NCBI GenBank assembly: GCA_043732185.1
Contig: JAYTHY010000118.1
Coordinates: 1-55,311, forward strand
Direction: 5' to 3'
Source of the DNA: Fibrobacteria bacterium
GTDB taxonomy: Bacteria; Fibrobacterota; Fibrobacteria; UBA11236
DNA length: 55,311 nt
Program-made: the position numbers and the translations under genes
Shown here: one piece after another, positions 8,842 through 18,635 of the stretch
How positions within the stretch are numbered: the stretch's first letter is position 1
Layout: each line of letters starts with the position of its first letter
The notes under the pieces: model-generated
Database searches by the model: none
Seen by the model: only the letters and a program-made list of their open reading frames with translations
Told to the model about the DNA's origin: nothing

Positions 8842-10031
8842 AGAAACTGGTTCTTCTAGGCTACTTACCGCTAAGTAAGAAGCTCTGGGAAGATTATTTC
8901 ATCGACTATATGATAGAAGGGGGAATTGCCGTTGAATATTGGGAACTTTCCAATGTTATTTTCCCAGAGATTGATTCTTCTCACCATCCCACTGATTCCA
9001 TAATTCGAAAATTAAGAGATACTTCAGATCTTAGCGAAAGACTGAAAGCTGAATCCCGGACGGAAACTCTTTTCCTTACCCAAGTTACTTACGAAGCACG
9101 TGCAGTGCCACTTTTTAGAATGCTCAAGGCCTATTCATGTCAAACCAGTTTCTTCGCACGTGGCAATATACCCATACCTACAGCAAAGGAAATTGCTTCT
9201 ACTCGGGACAATCGGAGTCCATTATTGGCTCGGATGATTCAGGTTCTGCGGAAGGTAATGGATAAGCTTCCCCATCGTTATGCGTTGTTCTGTAAAATAG
9301 TCGGAATCACCAAATGCCATAATCTTGTATTTAGGGCTGGAAATACGGGTATGCAGACGATAGGAGTGGGTGCCAGGTTGGAAAAATCCCGGGCACGTAT
9401 CGTGGACATCAACTTCTTTGACTATGATAAATACATGACGGTTTGCGCTGAAAAGGAAAACCTTGTTGAGGGCGACTACTGTGTATTCCTAGACGAATAC
9501 ACCCCCTTCCATCCTGACTTTCTCCTCCTGGGTATTCCCACCGTTGAACCGTCCAAGTATTACAATTCCATGAACATCTTCTTCAAGGCCCTGGAAGCGA
9601 AGTTCAATACCCGCGTGATTATAGCCGCCCATCCAAAAGCGGATTATAAAATTAACCCGTATGATGGCCGCCAATTATTTGTAATGAAGACCTGTGAATT
9701 AGTCAAGAACGCTCGATTTGTGATTTCTCACTCCAGTACATCCATAAGTTTCGCGGTTCTATTCAACAAGCCGCTTATATTCATATACAATGATGAGATG
9801 CTCCGTTTATATGCCAATACCTATTGCGAATACTCCAAACACTTCGCCAAAACTGTCGGCTCCAAATGCTATAACATAGATGCCGTACCCGTTTCCAGTA
9901 TTGAGATAAGCCCTGTTGATAGAGCGTGCTACGAAGCATACAAATATGATTTTCTCACCTCGAAGGCATCGGAAAATCGCACTTCGAAAGAGGTAGTATT
10001 GGAAACACTCCTTAACCTAAAATTCGACTGA
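8838..10031 (+). CDS. Putative nonulosonate (sialyl-type) transferase
   Basis: AAHP and HSSTS motifs as in bacterial sialyltransferases/Capsule_synth-like GT-B proteins; lies between the CMP-nonulosonate genes and wzx. Confidence 0.5.
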   Translation: MKKLVLLGYLPLSKKLWEDYFIDYMIEGGIAVEYWELSNVIFPEIDSSHHPTDSIIRKLRDTSDLSERLKAESRTETLFLTQVTYEARAVPLFRMLKAYSCQTSFFARGNIPIPTAKEIASTRDNRSPLLARMIQVLRKVMDKLPHRYALFCKIVGITKCHNLVFRAGNTGMQTIGVGARLEKSRARIVDINFFDYDKYMTVCAEKENLVEGDYCVFLDEYTPFHPDFLLLGIPTVEPSKYYNSMNIFFKALEAKFNTRVIIAAHPKADYKINPYDGRQLFVMKTCELVKNARFVISHSSTSISFAVLFNKPLIFIYNDEMLRLYANTYCEYSKHFAKTVGSKCYNIDAVPVSSIEISPVDRACYEAYKYDFLTSKASENRTSKEVVLETLLNLKFD

Positions 10032-10040
10032 CAAGTCGCT

Positions 10041-11624
10041 ATGCAAACCTCTTACACCCTTAATTACATCCAGATTTACCTATGGCAGGGATTGGCCATG
10101 GTTGTAAACATCGGATCAATGGTTATCGTCACTCCCATGATCACGGCCTCGCCCGGAACCTATGGCATCTATTCTTTATGCATCGCCGCAAATATTTTCC
10201 TTCAATACGCGGATATTGGTTTTGTGGGTGCAGCATTCAAATACGCAAGCGAGTCCTATGCAAAAAAGGATATGCCCGAGGAGATTCGAACTATTGGCTT
10301 CGCCAGTTTTATCCTATTGGTTTTCGTGGCATTTTATTCAATTGCCCTTTTTGCTTGTTCACGGAATCCATCGCTTTTGATCAAAAACCTGCATGATCCG
10401 AATGAATTTCGGATTGCCTCGCAACTCTTATTGATCCTGGCTATTTTCTCCCCAATAACGGTTCTGCAGCGCTTCCTCCAGTTGGTTTTCGGCGTTCGTG
10501 TCGAAGACTATATCTTCCAGCGGATGTCCTTGGTCACCAGCATTGCCAAGATTCTTTCCGTCTTTTACTTCTTCAGCCCAGGTAAGTACGACATTGTGGG
10601 ATACTTTCTTTTTTCCCAACTGGTAAGTCTCGCGCTTCTAGTCACTTCCGTCGTAATCGCCAGATTCCGCTATGCTTACGATTTCCCTTTGTTTTTTCGC
10701 TCCATCCGCTTTTCGAAAAAGATGTTTAGCCGCATGAAGGCACTGGCTTTCGGCTCTCTGTATACAACCTTGGTTTGGGTTGCATTCTATGAGCTTGACC
10801 TTTTTGCCATAGGGAAGATGATAGGCCCTAAAATGGCCGGCATATACGCCGTTGGCTTTACCCTTTTGGGCTTCTATCGCGGAATTTTTGGAACTATCTA
10901 CTCCCCCTTCTCGGCCCGATTTAACCATTTCCGTGGACAGGAACGGGAAGGGGGGCTTAAAGAATTTTTTTTAAGAGTTATTATCATCACCATCCCCTTA
11001 GTAACCTTTCCGTTATTGGGGCTTGCAGCACTTCTAAAGCCATTTATCCTATCCTGGGTTGGGCCTGAATATACCACTTCCATTCCTATAACTTTACTCC
11101 TCTTACTGTCCTTTCTTTATAGCTTCATTAGCTATCCTGCAGGAATCCTGATGACAGCCCAAGTACGGGTCAAAGAACTTAACGTCATTTTCACTCTTGT
11201 TGGATTGGTAACTTGGACTGGCATATTCTTGACCTATTCCCATCTCCATGCCCTTGCTTTCGCCTTGTTTAAATTTGTTGGATTCAGCATCTTCGGGATT
11301 TTTTATGCAAGGGTGACTGTGCATTACTTGGGATTGGGATGGCTGGGATTTGCAAAAAAGGTGTTGGCACCACTACTCGTTCCGGTATTAGTCGAGGTTG
11401 CCCTTCTCCATTGGATTGGCGGAATGCTTCCTACGGAAAAAGGCAAGCTCCACCTTTTATTAACCGTTTCTTTTGGGGGCATTGGATCGGCAATTGCCGT
11501 GGCACTTTATTATCTCTTTTCAAAACCCTTTCAAGAATATATTTCCATGGTTTTTAAAAAGTTCGCGCCGCTTTCCAGAAACAAAAGTGTTGAGATTCAG
11601 CCCGATCAAACGGGATTCTCGTGA
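10041..11624 (+). CDS. wzx: Polysaccharide flippase
   Basis: ~12-14 hydrophobic segments; YGIY...D.G motif; MOP-family layout. Confidence 0.85.
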   Translation: MQTSYTLNYIQIYLWQGLAMVVNIGSMVIVTPMITASPGTYGIYSLCIAANIFLQYADIGFVGAAFKYASESYAKKDMPEEIRTIGFASFILLVFVAFYSIALFACSRNPSLLIKNLHDPNEFRIASQLLLILAIFSPITVLQRFLQLVFGVRVEDYIFQRMSLVTSIAKILSVFYFFSPGKYDIVGYFLFSQLVSLALLVTSVVIARFRYAYDFPLFFRSIRFSKKMFSRMKALAFGSLYTTLVWVAFYELDLFAIGKMIGPKMAGIYAVGFTLLGFYRGIFGTIYSPFSARFNHFRGQEREGGLKEFFLRVIIITIPLVTFPLLGLAALLKPFILSWVGPEYTTSIPITLLLLLSFLYSFISYPAGILMTAQVRVKELNVIFTLVGLVTWTGIFLTYSHLHALAFALFKFVGFSIFGIFYARVTVHYLGLGWLGFAKKVLAPLLVPVLVEVALLHWIGGMLPTEKGKLHLLLTVSFGGIGSAIAVALYYLFSKPFQEYISMVFKKFAPLSRNKSVEIQPDQTGFS

Positions 11625-12934
11625 ACGCAGAAAAGGAAAGTATTTCTGCACGAAGCACTCCTCCACCAAAGAGGCGCATCTTGTATTATACAGATTGCTA
11701 CATATTTGGCGGCTGTGAAAATGTCATCCTGAATCTGTTCCTGAACCGGGAAATCTCATCCGTCTTTGAATCTATATTTTCCTACCGCACCCATAAGGTT
11801 TATCGCGATGTTCTGCATTCCAGAGTTCCAAAGGGCATCCAAACCCATCCCCTTACTATCCTTAGCAATGAAAGTCTTTGGCACAAGATTGAAGCCTCAA
11901 GGGTATCAAATCTCCGGAAAACTCTTTGGAAGCTCCCATTCGCCTTGGCCAATAAATCGGGATTTTACGCCTTTTTCAACCTGATGCGGCTTTTTCTCTG
12001 GTTCCGAAAAATTCGTCCTGACATTCTTCACATCAATAACGGCGGCTATCCGGGTGCTGCAAGCTGCCGCTTGGCCGTTGTAAGTGCAAAACTGGCAAGG
12101 GTACCCAAAATCATATTTCATGTTCATAACCAAGCGACGAAACCGGACAATAAATTCGACGGGGTCTTGGACCGCTTCATTGGAAAGTCGGTCGATTACT
12201 TCGTTTCCGCATCACTCAAGGCAACGAAGACACTAACTGAAAACCGCCCATTTAGCAATGAAAAAGTGATTCAGGTTTACAACTTCGTTGCTGAAGATTT
12301 GAGTATCCGACCCAGGAAGGAAATCCGGGAGGAATTCGGCATTCCGGATGGAGCATTGCTAATCGTTGAGGTTGCATTTCTTACCGAGAGAAAAGGCCAA
12401 CGCCAACTCCTTCAAGCATTAGTCTCCATCAAAAAAATCAACCCCGACCTTTTCTCCAGAATCCGTATCATCTTCGTAGGTGAAGGAGAAGATCGGTCTA
12501 AAATCGAGGACTTTATCCGATCCAACCATTTGGATGAGAAGGTCTCCCTTACTGGGTTCCGGAATGACCACTCAGATTTCATTAATGCTGCTGAGATTTT
12601 TGTCCTTCCTTCAACCAAGAATGAAGATATGCCATTGGTCATTCTCGATGCCATGCGACTCGGAAAGCCTATTGTGGCTTCTGCCGTCGCCGGAATTGCC
12701 GAAGAAATCAGGCATGGCCAGGAAGGCATATTGATAGCACCGGGCGACACGAGCGAACTCGCAGGTGCACTTGTACAGTTGGGCCTGAGCATAGACCTTA
12801 GGGAACGCTATGGCATCCTCGCTAAAAACCGGTACAAGGAAGTATTTTCCAAACGGATTGCCATGAAACGATTCTTGGATATTTATCGTGGCTTAGCTCC
12901 TTCAATCGCAGGTAAGGAATTGCATGCCCAATAA
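11621..12934 (+). CDS. GT4 glycosyltransferase
   Basis: FGGCE, RKGQ, FVLPS..NEDMPLVILDAM..GKPIVAS. Confidence 0.9.
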   Translation: MNAEKESISARSTPPPKRRILYYTDCYIFGGCENVILNLFLNREISSVFESIFSYRTHKVYRDVLHSRVPKGIQTHPLTILSNESLWHKIEASRVSNLRKTLWKLPFALANKSGFYAFFNLMRLFLWFRKIRPDILHINNGGYPGAASCRLAVVSAKLARVPKIIFHVHNQATKPDNKFDGVLDRFIGKSVDYFVSASLKATKTLTENRPFSNEKVIQVYNFVAEDLSIRPRKEIREEFGIPDGALLIVEVAFLTERKGQRQLLQALVSIKKINPDLFSRIRIIFVGEGEDRSKIEDFIRSNHLDEKVSLTGFRNDHSDFINAAEIFVLPSTKNEDMPLVILDAMRLGKPIVASAVAGIAEEIRHGQEGILIAPGDTSELAGALVQLGLSIDLRERYGILAKNRYKEVFSKRIAMKRFLDIYRGLAPSIAGKELHAQ

Positions 12935-13862
12935 CCCGAAGCTTCTTATAATCGGCGGATTTGGATTTCTTGGTTCAAACTTGCTAGATCGTTTTCTTTC
13001 CTCGAATAAATATGAAATCATTGTTTTTGAATTCAACAACGTTGCGCCAAAACAACCGGCCCATTTCAATAGGGTCAAAGTCTATTATGGAGACTTTAAC
13101 AACCCTAAGGATCTGGAGCAAATATTTCTCGAACATAAAATTGAAATTGTTTTACACCTCATCACAACTACGGTGCCGGCGACATCGAACGCCAACATCC
13201 CCTACGATATCCAGTCTAATCTAGTTGATACCATTCATCTGCTAGAAATGATGCGGCAGTATAATGTAGGAAAAATCGTCTTCCTTTCTTCCGGAGGAAC
13301 CATCTACGGCGTGCCGGTTAAGGCCCCGACAAAGGAAACTGATCCGACTGACCCAATTTGCTCATATGGAATTACAAAACTTGCTATTGAAAAATACCTT
13401 CAACTATTCCATCATTTGTACGGCCTTCATTACTTGATTTTGCGCCCATCAAATCCGTTTGGGCCCTATCATACTTCAACCAAGCAGGGGTTGATAAACG
13501 TCATGCTAAGGAAGATCATCGCCAAAGAGCCAATCACCATTTGGGGGGATGGAAACATTGTACGTGATTACCTTTACGTGGGTGATTTTTCGGAATCGGT
13601 TTTCCAATTGATCGAAAGCGGGGTTTCCGGCGAAATCGTAAATGTGGGCAGTGGTTTTGGGCATTCAGTAAAAGATATTCTGGCCATCATGGGTAACCAC
13701 TTTTCTGGCCTCGACGTAATTTATCTACCCTCTAGAGGCTTTGACATCCAAGAGCTTGTTTTGGATTCGCAAAAAATGAATCGACTTTGTCAAATCCACT
13801 CTACAGGATTGGAAGAAGGCATTCTGAAGACTTACGCCTGGATGAAGAAGCAAATGTCATAG
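12924..13862 (+). CDS. NAD-dependent epimerase/dehydratase
   Basis: GGFGFLG, SSGGTIYG, YGITK, RPSNPFGP, RDYLYVGD. Confidence 0.9.
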   Translation: MPNNPKLLIIGGFGFLGSNLLDRFLSSNKYEIIVFEFNNVAPKQPAHFNRVKVYYGDFNNPKDLEQIFLEHKIEIVLHLITTTVPATSNANIPYDIQSNLVDTIHLLEMMRQYNVGKIVFLSSGGTIYGVPVKAPTKETDPTDPICSYGITKLAIEKYLQLFHHLYGLHYLILRPSNPFGPYHTSTKQGLINVMLRKIIAKEPITIWGDGNIVRDYLYVGDFSESVFQLIESGVSGEIVNVGSGFGHSVKDILAIMGNHFSGLDVIYLPSRGFDIQELVLDSQKMNRLCQIHSTGLEEGILKTYAWMKKQMS

Positions 13863-14128
13863 GAATCGAAATTTATAACTTTCTTGGGTGCCCTTCAGGC
13901 GCGCTTTAAATGTATTAGGATGCAAAATTTAATTGGCCAATACAGCGCACTGTATGGCACTTTTGGTTATTTATAATTGACACCTGGAAGACGAATTATT
14001 AAGCCGAGCCGAAAGTCCAACTTGAAACATCTGGATTACCGAGAGCTCCTTTGTGGTGAACATATTCTATTTTTCCAAAGGGAATTGGCCGGAAGGATCC
14101 AACTTGCGGCGGATAGTATTGAGGAGCT

Positions 14129-14911
14129 ATGCAGGCACCAATAGATAAATTTCTTTTTTCAAAAAACCTTATAAACTCCTCCGTCGAGGACAAGGTATCC
14201 TTTATTGAACGGGCATGTAGCGGCAAATCTGTTTTGGATATGGGCTGCGTCTGCCACAACGCTGAGTTCGCCGTCAGCGATCCAAATTGGTTGCACAAAA
14301 AAATAAAAGCCGTAGCAAAGGATGTCATGGGTCTGGATTATTTGCCTCAGGAAGTTGCGAAGCTGCGTGACCTCGGTTATGATATCATATATGGTGACGC
14401 GTCCAAACCAATTGACCTAGATAGGAAATTTGACGTTATTGTTGCCGGAGATCTGATTGAGCATTTACATAATTTCGAGGGATTTTTTGAGAACTGCAAA
14501 CGGCTCCTAAATAAGGGCGGAAAACTACTTGTCACAACTCCTAATCCATTTTTTGCTGACGAGTTTCACTATGTCGCTTTTCGCAATACCTTTTTGATTA
14601 ATCCCGAACATACTTGCTGGATTGATCCAATGGCGATGGCGCATTTAGTCGGAAGGTTTGGTTTCAGGATTGAAGCTTTGCATTTTCTCTCGGGAAGTTG
14701 GAAGCTGAAGAATTTGATTTTTGAAAGCCCGAAAGTTTACTTTGATATACTAAACGGAAAATGGATAAACGATACCTCATCGCAAAAGCAGTTCCGTCGA
14801 TTCGCAGGCGCTATATTTGGCGGGATTTATACAATTTACCGCATCCTTACCCTTCAAAACTCAAAGCTGGTACGGTATAGCGATTATATTGCGGTTTTGA
14901 TGGTCGATTAA
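14129..14911 (+). CDS. Class I SAM-dependent methyltransferase
   Basis: VLDMGC, FDVIVAGDLIEHL, GGKLLVTTPN. Confidence 0.85.
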   Translation: MQAPIDKFLFSKNLINSSVEDKVSFIERACSGKSVLDMGCVCHNAEFAVSDPNWLHKKIKAVAKDVMGLDYLPQEVAKLRDLGYDIIYGDASKPIDLDRKFDVIVAGDLIEHLHNFEGFFENCKRLLNKGGKLLVTTPNPFFADEFHYVAFRNTFLINPEHTCWIDPMAMAHLVGRFGFRIEALHFLSGSWKLKNLIFESPKVYFDILNGKWINDTSSQKQFRRFAGAIFGGIYTIYRILTLQNSKLVRYSDYIAVLMVD

Positions 14912-15249
14912 AATAATTTCGGTTGGATGTTTAAAGGCTATATAGCTGCATGCATTCCGTGATCCATAATTCAGAACAAAACGTGGGGTTGGGCCGTTAA
15001 TCTCGATAAGGTGAGTAATGAATATTTCCTGACTTTCAGCTAGGTTGATGCGTAAATCGCATTTTCCTATCCTTTCTACAGGAAGGTCAATGGAGAGCGC
15101 AAGGCGTTTCTTCTAATAAAAGCGAGCCGATGGGGACAGAGGCCCAAAAGTGGGTTCAAGATTTTGACTCTCGAAACGACTTTACAACTTTCTGATTAAT
15201 ATTTAATCCAAGGTACTCAATATTTTCCCGAAACAGAGCGAATTTGGAT

Positions 15250-16155
15250 ATGACCGCTTTAGTATCCGTCATCGTGCCGACATTCAATCGCGCAACGGTG
15301 CTTTCAAATACCCTTCAATCCATTCTTGAACAAAGCTACAGTAATCTCGAAATTATTGTTGTGGATGACGGCTCCAAGGATGACACTCGCCAAGTAGTTG
15401 AAAGTTTCAAGGACAACCGCATTGTCTACCATTGCATCGCAAATTCAGGAAGGCCGTCGGTCCCACGAAATGTTGGCCTTGAGTTTTCCACTGGAGATTT
15501 TGTCGCATTCTGTGATGATGATGACACATGGCTGCCAGAAAAGGTTGCTAAACAATTGGCCGCATTTTCCATCGCCAAGGATATAGTTTTAGTCGCCACA
15601 AACGCTTACAACTTTCCTGCCAAAGGCGGGAACTTTTTTTACGATTTCGAACGTCTTTTAGGCGGCAATTTCCTCGTTAACTCTTCTGTGATGGTGACTC
15701 GAGCCGCCTTGGATTCAGCCGGAAAATTCGACGAGGACATGCGCCTCAAAGCCGTGGAAGACTACGAATTTTGGCTTAGGATCTTGTATCGAAGTCGAGG
15801 CCGTGGCTATAAGCTCCGTGAACGCCTTACTGTTTATAACATTGCGACAGTTGGTATTGGCAGAGATTATACTCCATTTGGCATTAGAATTCTTTACCGA
15901 AAACATCTGTGTATTCTTCGAAAATTCGAAAGGGAAGCCTATCGACCTGTTTCCATCCAGAAAGCCAAAAATAGGCATAGGAAAATTATTCTTTCGAGCT
16001 ATTTCAAGGTTAACTTCAAACGGACTCCTGAATATCTCCTTCAGGTTTGGGCTTCCCAATGTTTTTTCAAAACGAAAGTTAAACTCAGTTTGGGATTTCT
16101 TATGGCTGGCAGGCTTCCATTTGAATCGATGAAGTCCGAAAAGGGGTGCGAGTGA
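15250..16155 (+). CDS. GT2 glycosyltransferase
   Basis: VSVIVPTFNR, IIVVDDGSKD, FCDDDD, EDYEFWLR. Confidence 0.9.
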   Translation: MTALVSVIVPTFNRATVLSNTLQSILEQSYSNLEIIVVDDGSKDDTRQVVESFKDNRIVYHCIANSGRPSVPRNVGLEFSTGDFVAFCDDDDTWLPEKVAKQLAAFSIAKDIVLVATNAYNFPAKGGNFFYDFERLLGGNFLVNSSVMVTRAALDSAGKFDEDMRLKAVEDYEFWLRILYRSRGRGYKLRERLTVYNIATVGIGRDYTPFGIRILYRKHLCILRKFEREAYRPVSIQKAKNRHRKIILSSYFKVNFKRTPEYLLQVWASQCFFKTKVKLSLGFLMAGRLPFESMKSEKGCE

Positions 16156-17348
16156 CTGCCCCAACCATTCGAGTTCTCCATATTTTTGTTGCCGATTACG
16201 TTGGGGGATGCGAAATCCTGACCCAGTCTCTAATTGAAAACTTCCCGTCTCAATATTCCATATCCGTTGCATGTCCGCCGGGCAATCTAGCTGACCGACT
16301 TTCCGCGGCAGGTATTGATGTACGGCGTCATCAATACCTTGCGCGTCTCTATCGCCGTGGTGGAAATTCAGGTTTTGCCAAAGCATTATTTGATTTCCTC
16401 CTGATGACTATAAAAGCAACTTTCGGAATCCTAGGTATGGTTAGCAAGGAGAAATTCCAGGTTATTCAGGTTAACAATGCTAATGCCGGGCCTCGAATAC
16501 TAGCGGCCGCCTTTCTTGCACAAACCTTATTTAGACCTTTCCTTTCAAAAACTAAATGGCTTCTCGTTAATCATAATGCCAAATACTTTTTCCGTAGTGA
16601 TGGGATTTTTGATCCTTTATGCGTCCTTTGCTTTAAAATGGTGGCTGTATCCAATGCCGTACGAGAAAATTACCACCCTTGGCTGCGTAACTCCATAATT
16701 GTCTTGTACAATGGAATTGAAACTGGACGGTTTCGGTTTTCACCTGAGTCCCGAGAATCGGCACGAATAGGGTTAGGTTTGGATACTTCGGAAACTGCTT
16801 TGGCAATCATTGGTCGGGTTTCTGAAACTAAAGGTCAACATCATGGAATCGAGGCTTTGGGCCTGATAAAGTCGCGTCGGTCGGAAGCCCGAGTTCGGTT
16901 GTTTCTCATTGGCATGGTACTAGAAGAAGATGAACCGTACCAAGATTCCCTGAAAAGACTTTGCATTGAAAAAGGGATTGTGGAGTCTGTTCAATTCTTG
17001 GGTCAGCGAAATGATGTTGCAGATATATTGTCCGGATTGGACATTATTATCAACGCTTCTCCAAGCCGGGTTAGCGAAGCCTTACCACTCACCTTAACTG
17101 AGGCTATGTCGTGTGAGAGAATCGTTGTAGCGCCCCGAATAGGAGGTATCCCAGAAATTATTACCGATGGATACGACGGCTTTCTTTTCGAACCTGACAG
17201 CTCGGAATCGCTAGCCTCGACTTTGGAAGGTATTCTGGATTTGGAAAAAGGACTCGGAAGAATCGGCTTAATGGCCCGTAAGAAAGCAGAAGAAAAGTTC
17301 TCACGTTCAAGAATGGTCCAGGAATATTCTCGTTTATATGATGTTTAG
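16152..17348 (+). CDS. GT4 glycosyltransferase
   Basis: VGGCE, YNGI, GRVSETKGQ, EALPLTLTEAM, GGIPEII; GTG start overlaps the upstream TGA. Confidence 0.9.
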   Translation: MTAPTIRVLHIFVADYVGGCEILTQSLIENFPSQYSISVACPPGNLADRLSAAGIDVRRHQYLARLYRRGGNSGFAKALFDFLLMTIKATFGILGMVSKEKFQVIQVNNANAGPRILAAAFLAQTLFRPFLSKTKWLLVNHNAKYFFRSDGIFDPLCVLCFKMVAVSNAVRENYHPWLRNSIIVLYNGIETGRFRFSPESRESARIGLGLDTSETALAIIGRVSETKGQHHGIEALGLIKSRRSEARVRLFLIGMVLEEDEPYQDSLKRLCIEKGIVESVQFLGQRNDVADILSGLDIIINASPSRVSEALPLTLTEAMSCERIVVAPRIGGIPEIITDGYDGFLFEPDSSESLASTLEGILDLEKGLGRIGLMARKKAEEKFSRSRMVQEYSRLYDV

Positions 17349-17354
17349 GAAAGC

Positions 17355-18635
17355 ATGACCCTTTACTTATTCATCCTATTCTCATCATTGGCAGGATTTC
17401 TAGTCTTTTTTTTGATCATTTCTCGAAAAACTGGGCTTTTCGGCTTTCCGGTTTTCACTTTCATTCCACGTCTATTCATTGGGATTCCTGCCTCAATCGG
17501 TTTTTTTATAGGCGCCTTTGATGGCAAAGGTATCCCAGCAGATGTGTATCTTTTAACGCCCGGACATTATATTTTTCTTTATCTTTTTTACCTACTTGAG
17601 GCCATTCTCTCCTTCCTTGCCTTGGCTCTATGCTACTCAAATGCAACTAAACAACCACTTAAGACTTTTCTTTTTGTTCCGACTGATACTACTAATTACA
17701 AAATATTACTAATAGTTTTCGGAGCATTGAACTTTTCAATTTTGTTTTTTCTCCATGCAAAATTTGGATTCGCCTACCTCACTCATCCGCGGGGCCTATA
17801 CGAAGTGACCCGCCAGGGATTCGGGCCCTTCTTTTTTATCCTTGGTATGGTACAGAAGCTGTTTTTCATACTTCTCTTGTTCGGAAAATACAATAACTGG
17901 CTGTCCATCTGTTTGATGTTTGTATCCGCCTATGGAACTGGTTCAAAATACAACCTTTTCGGAATATTCATGCTTTGGTTCATTTACCTTCTAATTTTCC
18001 GATTCAATAATAGGCTTTCCCCCAAAGCCGTAATCGGATTTGCGGTAGTTGGTGTGGGTTTCATTTATGGAATTTTCGCAATGACATTTGGAACCAACAG
18101 TAACTTTTTGCTTCTAATTATGGGATATGCCAACGAGCCCTTTAATAATATGGTCCTATTGATGGATACATTTAAGCATACCTTCCGAGATTATTTCTAC
18201 GGAAACATCTACCTCGAAAACAATATTTTTACCCGTATTCCACGCTTTCTGATGCCCGATAAGCCACTCATATTTGGGTCGTTCAAACTTTCAGATGCCT
18301 ATTTCTACGAACATACAGCTTTGGGTGTAGGCGCAAAAAGCTTCGGAACCTTAGGAGACTTTTTCGCCGATCTGGGGTATTTTGCTTTTCCTTTTTATTT
18401 GATCAAATCCATGATTATGCAGGGCGCGCTTGGTTACCTTTTAGGGAGAATACTAAAGATTGGTGATCGGACCAAATCGCTTTTTTATTTCATGTTCCTC
18501 ATGGTTTTTTGGGATATAAGTTTTATAGCAGTTCCTCCGGGCAACAATTTCCTGGAGAACGTCCTAATTGTAATGGGACTCGCAGCTTTCCTGGGACTAC
18601 ATAGGGCCAAGGTAAAGGAAACCGCCTCAATATGA
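17355..18635 (+). CDS. wzy: O-antigen/polysaccharide polymerase
   Basis: Multi-TM, Phe/Leu/Ile-rich protein with a large periplasmic loop (IPRFLMPDKP) inside a wzx/wzz cluster. Confidence 0.75.
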   Translation: MTLYLFILFSSLAGFLVFFLIISRKTGLFGFPVFTFIPRLFIGIPASIGFFIGAFDGKGIPADVYLLTPGHYIFLYLFYLLEAILSFLALALCYSNATKQPLKTFLFVPTDTTNYKILLIVFGALNFSILFFLHAKFGFAYLTHPRGLYEVTRQGFGPFFFILGMVQKLFFILLLFGKYNNWLSICLMFVSAYGTGSKYNLFGIFMLWFIYLLIFRFNNRLSPKAVIGFAVVGVGFIYGIFAMTFGTNSNFLLLIMGYANEPFNNMVLLMDTFKHTFRDYFYGNIYLENNIFTRIPRFLMPDKPLIFGSFKLSDAYFYEHTALGVGAKSFGTLGDFFADLGYFAFPFYLIKSMIMQGALGYLLGRILKIGDRTKSLFYFMFLMVFWDISFIAVPPGNNFLENVLIVMGLAAFLGLHRAKVKETASI

